Assembly: GCA_048941015.1 (NCBI GenBank)
Contig: JBHLNZ010000083.1
Coordinates: 1-12,598, forward strand
Length of the DNA: 12,598 nucleotides
From: Promethearchaeota archaeon
GTDB lineage: Archaea > Asgardarchaeota > Lokiarchaeia > Sigyniarchaeales > SOKP01
Direction of reading: 5' to 3'
The notes beneath the pieces were generated by a model. The model ran no database searches and had not been told where the DNA came from. It saw nothing but the letters and a program-made list of their open reading frames with translations. Made by a program: the position numbers and the translations under genes. This document shows, in pieces, positions 1 through 7,477 of the stretch (the first letter of the stretch is position 1; the number at the start of each line of letters is the position of its first letter).

Positions 1-129
1 CATGATTCAAAAATAACAGCCATTGATATGGTTAGAGCAGGAAGATTAGCTACTTCTGTAAGAAAAAAGTTTGTAATTGCCAATCCGTTAACTTTAAGTT
101 ATTACTTTTTTGAGTGGTTCAAACCATAA
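1..129 (+). CDS. endA: tRNA-intron (splicing) endonuclease, C-terminal fragment (5' truncated by window edge)
   Basis: Not in the ORF track. Manual frame +1 translation gives HDSKITAIDMVRAGRLATSVRKKFVIANPLTLSYYFFEWFKP*, matching the archaeal EndA C-terminus (R-[LV]-A-x-S-V-R-K-K with the catalytic Lys, ending Y...[WY]-x-[KR]-P). TAA at 127-129. Confidence 0.88.
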   Translation, partial: HDSKITAIDMVRAGRLATSVRKKFVIANPLTLSYYFFEWFKP

Positions 130-198
130 ATTACGGATTTCAGAATTTGAAATAAATTTTTACATTAAAATTTGTTTTTAGCATTGATTGTAAGTCTG

Positions 199-651
199 TT
201 AAGAAACCACTAACACCGGAATTGGAGATAGATTAATAATCCGTTCCGTGATGTGACCAGTTATATATGATGGACTCCGTTGTTTACCCCTTACCGGTAT
301 AACTATTAAATCATGGAGAGGGGCAACTTTTAATATCTCATCAACAGGCTCACCAAAAACAATTTTAAAATCGATATTATTCTCATTGAATCCCAAATTT
401 ATGGCACCTTGAATAGCTCTATTACAAAACTTTTCACCTTGTTCATAATATGTTTGTTTGAGCTTTTCTGAATTTTCATTTTGATATAAAACAAGATGAT
501 TTATTTTATCTTCATCTATTACATGGAGAAGTAAAAGTGAGCAATCTTCAAATACTGAAGCAAATCTTGTAGAATAATTAACAGCATTAATACTGCCTTT
601 AGATCCATCAATAGGGATTAAAATTTTTTTATAATTAAGTTTTGGAATCAT
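199..651 (-). CDS. Universal stress protein (UspA family), single domain
   Basis: 150 aa with YKKILIPIDGS at the N-terminus, GEPVDEIL, DLIVI and PIPVLVV at the C-terminus, all typical of Usp domains. Confidence 0.93.
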   Translation of the reverse strand: MIPKLNYKKILIPIDGSKGSINAVNYSTRFASVFEDCSLLLLHVIDEDKINHLVLYQNENSEKLKQTYYEQGEKFCNRAIQGAINLGFNENNIDFKIVFGEPVDEILKVAPLHDLIVIPVRGKQRSPSYITGHITERIINLSPIPVLVVS

Positions 652-698
652 TTTTACACAAATCGAAATATATAATCAAATCTATCAATCTTTCTCAA

Positions 699-713
699 TT
701 TTAAAGTTTTATT
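699..713 (-). promoter_or_regulatory. Possible BRE/TATA promoter for the USP gene
   Basis: Minus strand reads AATAAAAC-TTTAAAA about 48 nt upstream of the USP ATG, in a 158-bp intergenic gap. Weak evidence because the background is very AT-rich. Confidence 0.3.
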
Positions 714-809
714 ACTCGAAAAATATAATTTAAAATTAAGTCAATATTCAAAAATTACATTAGTCTAGATTGTTGATTCTCAATTAAATTAAAATTTATT
801 GAACGAATT

Positions 810-2645
810 TTAGGCTTTTTTCAATCTTGGAGCTTTAAATAATAAGTTTAAACAGTTTTGAACAACTTCATTTTTCATTTCACCAATTTTCTTGAACTTG
901 ATATTTGATATTGAAAAATTGATCTCTTGAATGATTTTAATAACAGTATCAAAATTCTCTTCAGTGAAAAAATAATTTTTACGTAATAGAATTGTCCCTT
1001 CTTCGTAAATTGTAAGTATAAGGTTTATTAAAAATAACAGCTTTTTATAATCGGTAAACTGATCCCTCTCATCATATGAATTTTGGATTAAAAAGCAATT
1101 TCTTATTAGCTTTGCAAAAAGTAAATCAAATTTTTGAACATCAATTAAGTCTAATTCACCCGTTAACTGAGCAGTTAATTTGAGTTCGTTTTCTTTCGAA
1201 AGTATTTTATTTACTTTTTCACGAGATTCATACCAACTAATATCAATTAAATTAAACTCTGAATCTTTCTCTTTCCACCACTTTAGAACGCTTTCTGAAT
1301 AATTAGAATATGAATTAAGCCAATCTATCGCAGGATAATGCTTTAAATATGCTAAACGAGGATCTAATGCCCAAATTCCTTGAACTAATCGTTTTGATGC
1401 TGCGGTAACAGGTTCATTAAAGTCACCTCCAGGTGGAGATATCGAACTAATAATTGTAAGAGAACCAGTCTTACTTCCGCTTTCAATATTTTTTCCCAAT
1501 GGTTTAATTACTCCAGCCCGTTCATAAAAACTTGAAAGTTTAGATGGTAAATATGCAGGATACCCTTCTTCGGCGGGCATTTCTTCTAAGAGGCTTGATA
1601 TTTCTCTTAAAGATTCTGCCCATCTTGAGGTACTATCTGCAATAACTGCAACATCATAGCCCATATCACGGTAATATTCAGCAATCGTGACTCCTGAAAA
1701 AAGGCTTGCTTCACGCGCAGAAACAGGCATATTTGAGGTATTAACAATCATAATAACATGATCTAAGATTGGAAGATTATTTTCAGGATTAATTGTTTCA
1801 GAAAATTGCTTTAAAACATTTGCAATTTCGTTACCAGGTTCTCCACATCCAATAAAGACAACAATATCTGCATTACAATATTTTGCTATACTTTCTTGAA
1901 TAACAGTTTTACCTGTACCAAACCCTCCCGGTATTGCTATTGTACCTCCTTTTGCTACAGGAAATAGTAAGTCGATTGTGCGTATTCCAGTAAATAATGG
2001 CTCAAATGGATCTAACTTTTTCCGAAAGGCTCTCGATTGAGTTATTGGGGCTTTTTGTAACATACAAAATGATTTCTCTTCATCATTTCTTTTCAATCGA
2101 TAGATCTCATCAATAATAGTATAATCCCCTTCTTCGGCTATATGAGTAAGCTTTCCTGAATAATTATGAGGTACTAATATTCTATGTTCAATTTCAGGTG
2201 TTTCTTGAACAATTCCAATAATATCACCTTCTTCTATTTGACTATTGATAGATCTGACTGGTTTAAAATGCCATAGTTTCTTACGAGAGAGTGGTTGAAA
2301 CTCAATTCCCCTTTTTAACTCTTCTTCTTGAAATTTGTAATATGTTTCCTCTAGAGGTCTCTGAATTCCATCAAATATATGGGATAACAGACCAGGAGCT
2401 AGTTCCATCGATAAAGGTTCATGCAAATTAATAACTTCTTCATTTAATTTTAAGTTAAACGTGCTTTCAAAACATTGGGCTACTACATAATCTTTATGAA
2501 TTTGAATAATTTCACTCAAAATATTATATTTTGGGATTTTAATTAAATCAAACAATCTTGATTGATTACCTAATCCTTTAACTTCAATTAAGGAGCCAAA
2601 AATTGCTGAGATATGTCCAACCGAATATTTGTTATTAGATACCAT
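810..2645 (-). CDS. atpA: A/V-type ATP synthase subunit A, second divergent paralog (A2), possibly catalytically impaired
   Basis: 611 aa, intact and colinear with the 7478..9313 copy. Has [11 protein letters not shown], Walker [24 protein letters not shown], Walker B region [22 protein letters not shown] and FYERAG, but GCGEPGNE instead of GCGERGNE. Confidence 0.95.
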   Translation of the reverse strand: MVSNNKYSVGHISAIFGSLIEVKGLGNQSRLFDLIKIPKYNILSEIIQIHKDYVVAQCFESTFNLKLNEEVINLHEPLSMELAPGLLSHIFDGIQRPLEETYYKFQEEELKRGIEFQPLSRKKLWHFKPVRSINSQIEEGDIIGIVQETPEIEHRILVPHNYSGKLTHIAEEGDYTIIDEIYRLKRNDEEKSFCMLQKAPITQSRAFRKKLDPFEPLFTGIRTIDLLFPVAKGGTIAIPGGFGTGKTVIQESIAKYCNADIVVFIGCGEPGNEIANVLKQFSETINPENNLPILDHVIMIVNTSNMPVSAREASLFSGVTIAEYYRDMGYDVAVIADSTSRWAESLREISSLLEEMPAEEGYPAYLPSKLSSFYERAGVIKPLGKNIESGSKTGSLTIISSISPPGGDFNEPVTAASKRLVQGIWALDPRLAYLKHYPAIDWLNSYSNYSESVLKWWKEKDSEFNLIDISWYESREKVNKILSKENELKLTAQLTGELDLIDVQKFDLLFAKLIRNCFLIQNSYDERDQFTDYKKLLFLINLILTIYEEGTILLRKNYFFTEENFDTVIKIIQEINFSISNIKFKKIGEMKNEVVQNCLNLLFKAPRLKKA

Positions 2646-2691
2646 TATTCTTGCTAAATAGACTTGGTTTCAATTCATTTCAATTAAATAT

Positions 2692-3099
2692 TTAGGTAAC
2701 TATTTTTTCTCCACAATTAGGACATGTTTTTACGAAGTTCGCTAACTCCATCCCACAATTAGGACATTTTCGAATAATAGGTTTACGATACTTTGAATTA
2801 AGCTTAACATAATCTACTCTTCTTATTCGGGGCTTATTAGATTTAATTTCTTTATATTGACTTGTAGAATCCTGATCTTTTTTATGTATAAATCTGGAGA
2901 AGAAAGATATCCCTTTTCTTCTAAATAAAACACCTAAAAAAAGTAAAAAGCAAAATATGAGAATTAAAATAGCAACGAACGGAGGACTTCCTAAGTCTAT
3001 TAATACCCAATAAAAAAAATAGAGCACCACACAAAAAATTATTAGTAGGATTATTCTAATTGTAAAATATTTCCGCAACGATTTTTTTTGACTTTGCAT
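2692..3099 (-). CDS. Small membrane protein: two N-terminal TM helices, basic linker, C-terminal zinc ribbon
   Basis: 135 aa with hydrophobic stretches IILLIIFCVVLYFFYWVLI and FVAILILIFCFLLFLGVLF, a Lys/Arg-rich linker, and CPNCG-x9-CPNCG at the C-terminus. Confidence 0.85.
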   Translation of the reverse strand: MQSQKKSLRKYFTIRIILLIIFCVVLYFFYWVLIDLGSPPFVAILILIFCFLLFLGVLFRRKGISFFSRFIHKKDQDSTSQYKEIKSNKPRIRRVDYVKLNSKYRKPIIRKCPNCGMELANFVKTCPNCGEKIVT

Positions 3100-3129
3100 C
3101 GTATTTTACCAATTTAATAACAATACTAA

Positions 3130-5421
3130 TTATAGAAAATTTTTAGATATATAATTTCTTGCGTTTTCAAGATTCATTCTTGTTTCTTCAGTCTCAATCT
3201 CTTTCTCTATTTCAGATGTAATTATATCCTTTCTTGCTTCAAATTCAAAATTTATAGAAGAAAATTTTCCCTCTAATATAAAAGGTATAAATTCTGTACC
3301 ACGTCCCTCATAAAATTTGAAAAAGAATTCATAAAAATGCAATCTTAAGGCGTTTAAAAAGACTAATACTCCTTCTATGAGAATAACAACAATATTTCCA
3401 AAGATTAAACTGATTACCACAATAATTTGTACAAATATTCCTTCACCTGGAATAACTGAAACCATTGCCGTAATTGCAAGCATTAACGAAACATGCGCTA
3501 GTGCTAAAGCCATTAAACGAATATACGAAAGCACATTACTAGGGATCGATAATACAGTTTCAAAAGTATCCATAGTACCGTCTCCAATCAATTGTCCATA
3601 AGTAGATGCTCTTAAATATGAAATTCTTAATATTTTTCCTATTGGTTTAAAAAGAATCAATAAGATACCAGGTATTAATGGGAGAAGTATAGGGGGAAAA
3701 GGAGGGGCTAACCAAGCATTAAAATCAAAACGATAACGCATTACTAGATAAACGATTGCATCTAAGAAGAAAATTTTCGTTAGGGACTCTGTTATAGATA
3801 AGAATTTTCTTGATTGTTTCCAATAATTGATAAACTGGAGTATCCATCCTAAATTAATTTGAATGACTCCAACAAAAATCGTAAAAAAAAGAACTGTTAC
3901 TACATTTCCTAAAGGATTATATAATATAATTGAACCGACGAAAGGAATGGGGATGGGTATAGGATTTAAAGGATGCCCAAAAAATTCCTCTGTGCCAAAA
4001 AATTCTCCATAAAATAATCCTCCTAAAACAGCCCACCAACCACACCAAAAAATAATCCAAGAGAAATTATATATACCGCCTCCTCGTTTCCTAAAAATTA
4101 TTGCGCCAATAAGTCCAGAAATTATTAAAACTAAACCGTGTCCCATATCTCCGAACATTATTCCAAAGAATAAAGGAAAAGTAAAGAACAAAAAAGGAGT
4201 TGGATCAATTTCAGAATAAGAAGGAGTTCCATACATCTTTGTTAAAGTCTCAAAAGGTCTAAAGAGCCAATTATGAGTCATTTTTGTGGGAGTTTCTCTT
4301 TTCAAACTATCCCATTTTTCTACTTTTTCATCACTACTATCTTGAAGCTTATTATCTAGGTCGATTACTTTATTATCTATTTTATAGATGTGATCACGTT
4401 CTAGCTTTTTATCTTTTGTTAAAATTCCTTTTTTCCCTATATTTATTACCTCAATTGTGATATCAGTACCAAATTCGCTGATTAATTTTTGATAAGCATT
4501 TTTTTTCTGAGATTGAAGAATAAAAAACCTATAACTCAATCTATCTAATGATAATTCTTCAAATTGACTAGCTGCCCAATTAAACTCCTCTAAATTTGAA
4601 ATACTTTCATAAATTGCAGCAAATTTTAAAATATTATCTGATTTTATCCGCTTAATTTCTTTTTCATATTTTTCCAAATAGTTCTCTAGAAGTGCAATTT
4701 CATTATTAATTCGATCATGATTTATTCCATTGGAAGAAAGAAACTTTTTTAAGATTGGAACTTCTTCACCGTGAATAAGACTAATTTTTTCTCTTAATTT
4801 AGTTTCTTGATCTTTTGGATAAATTATGAAAAATGCAGTTCTATCAGTAGAGATATTTTGCACTTGTATAATACTTGGAAACTCATAAAAATCAAAAATC
4901 GATTTTAAGGTTCCAATATTTTTTGAAAAAGTCGTATAAGTTTTAAAATTAAAGTAAGTTAATTTTGTCAAGTTTTCTCGTGTTAAATTATATTTCTCAA
5001 GGAAGTCATAAGTTTTATCTATAATTTTAATCTTTTCTAATTCGATTTTTGTATCTGAAATATATTTATCTAATTCATTATACCGATTTGTATAGAAATT
5101 AATTTCTTCAATTAAGTAGTCTATTAACTCATGTGAATTTTTAGCGGTATATTTTTTTTTTTCTTTTTCTTTAACTTTTAAGAATTGAAAATCATTTTCT
5201 GTTATATCAAGTTTTTTAAATAAAATGTTTAAATTTAAGCTCAAGCTTTTCAGCTTTTCCTTATATACTTCTTCCGCTTCTGTAATTTGTGTAGATTGAT
5301 ATTCTTGTTTCGATTTAATATGTGCTCCTTTTATTTCTGCTAAAGTTGCTAAAAATATGTCTTTATATCTTCTGTCTAAACTTACCTTAAACAAGCACAT
5401 ATTATTACTTAATTTTACCAT
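3130..5421 (-). CDS. atpI: A/V-type ATP synthase subunit I (a), membrane stator and ion channel
   Basis: 763 aa with a soluble coiled-coil N-half, then PT...PFETLTKMYGTPSYSEIDPT, FFGIMFGDMGHGL, the essential Arg in SYIRLMALALAH (R635, codon 3517-3519), and LRLHFYEFFFKFYEGRG. Confidence 0.97.
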   Translation of the reverse strand: MVKLSNNMCLFKVSLDRRYKDIFLATLAEIKGAHIKSKQEYQSTQITEAEEVYKEKLKSLSLNLNILFKKLDITENDFQFLKVKEKEKKKYTAKNSHELIDYLIEEINFYTNRYNELDKYISDTKIELEKIKIIDKTYDFLEKYNLTRENLTKLTYFNFKTYTTFSKNIGTLKSIFDFYEFPSIIQVQNISTDRTAFFIIYPKDQETKLREKISLIHGEEVPILKKFLSSNGINHDRINNEIALLENYLEKYEKEIKRIKSDNILKFAAIYESISNLEEFNWAASQFEELSLDRLSYRFFILQSQKKNAYQKLISEFGTDITIEVINIGKKGILTKDKKLERDHIYKIDNKVIDLDNKLQDSSDEKVEKWDSLKRETPTKMTHNWLFRPFETLTKMYGTPSYSEIDPTPFLFFTFPLFFGIMFGDMGHGLVLIISGLIGAIIFRKRGGGIYNFSWIIFWCGWWAVLGGLFYGEFFGTEEFFGHPLNPIPIPIPFVGSIILYNPLGNVVTVLFFTIFVGVIQINLGWILQFINYWKQSRKFLSITESLTKIFFLDAIVYLVMRYRFDFNAWLAPPFPPILLPLIPGILLILFKPIGKILRISYLRASTYGQLIGDGTMDTFETVLSIPSNVLSYIRLMALALAHVSLMLAITAMVSVIPGEGIFVQIIVVISLIFGNIVVILIEGVLVFLNALRLHFYEFFFKFYEGRGTEFIPFILEGKFSSINFEFEARKDIITSEIEKEIETEETRMNLENARNYISKNFL

Positions 5422-5432
5422 TTATATAAGAC

Positions 5433-6086
5433 CTACATTAGTTGTTCTTCTTTAATTATATTTTTAGTTTTTTTTAATCTCACAAAATTTTCACGTTCGA
5501 GTTCTTCTAATATATCCTTAATGATTTTAGTCTCGGTTTGTAATTGCGGTTTGATTACGTTTTTTAGTCCATTAATTCTTCGATTTATTTTTTTAAAATT
5601 GAATAATAATTTTAACAAAATATCCTCTTTTTCGGCATAAAAAATCATAGCTTCAAAAAAATCTTTCAATATCTTTATCAACTCATCAAGATGATAAGAG
5701 GAATTTTCAAAAGAATAGGGTGGTAATTTCCTTTCTTGAATTAATCTATAATCAATATAAGGTAGTAAAATTCCAATATTTTTTCTATAAAGAATATCAA
5801 TGAAGGGTTTAAATTGTATTCTGCTTATTTTATTAATCATATTAATTTGCCATTTTCCCATCTCTCTATAGGTTTCGTTTAATTTTATAAGTGCATCAAA
5901 ATATATTTCATAAAATTCTTTTTGAGCTTTCTTATATTCTGGCCAAACGACTTTAATCTGCTGAATTAATTGTTCTTGTTTGTATTCCAAAAAGCTTTCG
6001 CCTCTCATTACAAAATTTAACTTTTTTGTTAAGTTAATTAAATTGGTTTTTGTAGGTTGTAATTTTCTAAAGCTTATTTTTATCAC
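5433..6086 (-). CDS. atpD: A/V-type ATP synthase subunit D (central rotor); start uncertain (GTG 6086 or ATA 6077)
   Basis: N-terminal QPTKTNLINL, KKINRRINGLKNVIKP (divergent form of the KTxRRVNALE motif) and LEELERENFVRLKKTK. Lies immediately after B. Confidence 0.93.
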   Translation of the reverse strand: MIKISFRKLQPTKTNLINLTKKLNFVMRGESFLEYKQEQLIQQIKVVWPEYKKAQKEFYEIYFDALIKLNETYREMGKWQINMINKISRIQFKPFIDILYRKNIGILLPYIDYRLIQERKLPPYSFENSSYHLDELIKILKDFFEAMIFYAEKEDILLKLLFNFKKINRRINGLKNVIKPQLQTETKIIKDILEELERENFVRLKKTKNIIKEEQLM

Positions 6087-7472
6087 CTATTTGGGAAAAT
6101 ATTTATTGATAAATTCTTGATGAATACGATATAATTGATTTTTTGGAATGTTTGATAGTACCTCCCATGCGATTTTAAAAGTCGTTTGAAAATCACGATT
6201 TTCGTCAAAACCTTGATTTAAAAACTTTTTTTCAAAATCATCTCCAAATTGTAATAAAGCTTTTTGTTCTAAATTTAAACTATCTTCACCAATGACAGAG
6301 ATTAAATCTCTAATTTCAAGGGCACTGGAATAAGACGCCAATAATTGAGAACTAATATCTGCATGGTCTTCCCTTGTCGTATTTTTACCAATCGCATCTT
6401 TCATCAATCTAGATATTGAAGCTAACACTTCAAATGGAGGATATATACCTTTTTTTTGTAAATTACGATTAAGTACTAATTGTCCTTCGGTTATGTATCC
6501 TGTTGTGTCCGGTATTGGATGCGAAATGTCATCATTGGGCATCGTTAAGACCGGGATTTGAGTGATAGATCCCTTTTTATCTTTTATAACTCCTGTTCTT
6601 TCATATATTGAAGCAAAATTTGAATAAAGATATCCAGGGTAGCCCTTTCTACTCGGAATCTCCTCTTTAGCGGAACTTAATTCTCTTAAAGCTTCTGCAT
6701 AATTAGACATATCAATTAAAACTACAAGTACATGCATTTCTTTTTCAAAAGCAAAAAATTCTGCTGTTGTTAATGCTACCTTCGGAATTATTAAACGTTC
6801 CATCACGGGATCATCTGCAAAGTTTATAAAAGAAATAATATTTTGAATATTTCCACTTTTTTGAAATTGGTTCATATAAAAGATTGCCTCATCTTGAATT
6901 ATTCCAATACCACAAAAGATCACGAGAAAAGGTTCTTCGGTTAAAACTCTAGCTTGCGTAACAATTTGGGCCGCTAATTTATTATGAGCTATTCCTTGAC
7001 CGCTAAAAATAGGCAATTTTTGTCCTCTTATCAGAGTAAATAAACCATCAATAGTAGAAATACCCGTTTGAATAACTTCTGAGGGATATTGTCTAGCATA
7101 TGGATTAATAGGAGCTCCATTTATATCTCTCTCTGCATCCGTTAATAGATCTAAATCTAATACTTTTTTAGTGTAAATATCTATAGGTTTTCCTATAGAA
7201 TTAAAAACACTCCCTAGCATATCTTTAGAAATTTTTATTTTAAATGGTTCTTCTGTAAAAATAATTTTAGAATTATCAGAAGACATTCCTCGAGTATCTT
7301 CAAAAACTTCAACAACAATAATTTCTTCATTTATTTTAACAACTTGTCCCATTCTCTTTGGTTGACCAATAGTATGAATTTCCACAATTTCTCCATATTG
7401 TACATCATGGTTATTTTCAACAAATACCAATGGACCGATAATTTGTCTTATATCTTTATAACTTACACTCAT
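6087..7472 (-). CDS. atpB: A/V-type ATP synthase subunit B (non-catalytic)
   Basis: [52 protein letters not shown] and arginine finger SISRLMK. ATG at 7472 is preferred over TTG at 7481. Confidence 0.98.
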   Translation of the reverse strand: MSVSYKDIRQIIGPLVFVENNHDVQYGEIVEIHTIGQPKRMGQVVKINEEIIVVEVFEDTRGMSSDNSKIIFTEEPFKIKISKDMLGSVFNSIGKPIDIYTKKVLDLDLLTDAERDINGAPINPYARQYPSEVIQTGISTIDGLFTLIRGQKLPIFSGQGIAHNKLAAQIVTQARVLTEEPFLVIFCGIGIIQDEAIFYMNQFQKSGNIQNIISFINFADDPVMERLIIPKVALTTAEFFAFEKEMHVLVVLIDMSNYAEALRELSSAKEEIPSRKGYPGYLYSNFASIYERTGVIKDKKGSITQIPVLTMPNDDISHPIPDTTGYITEGQLVLNRNLQKKGIYPPFEVLASISRLMKDAIGKNTTREDHADISSQLLASYSSALEIRDLISVIGEDSLNLEQKALLQFGDDFEKKFLNQGFDENRDFQTTFKIAWEVLSNIPKNQLYRIHQEFINKYFPK

Positions 7473-7477
7473 ACTTA

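Noticed and set aside
780-802. Imperfect inverted repeat just downstream of the A2 stop
   Set aside because: Almost entirely A/T with a bulge, which is expected by chance at this composition.
810-2645. A2 as a pseudogene or assembly artefact
   Set aside because: No stops or frameshifts, full length, most motifs retained, and substantial nucleotide divergence from A1.
2711-2767. 15-bp direct repeat CCACAATTAGGACAT at 2711 and 2753
   Set aside because: Only two copies, encoding the two CPNCG knuckles of the zinc ribbon. It is not a CRISPR repeat or mobile-element end.
3377-3601. 74-aa plus-strand ORF
   Set aside because: Antisense shadow inside the conserved membrane domain of atpI, with no recognisable motif.
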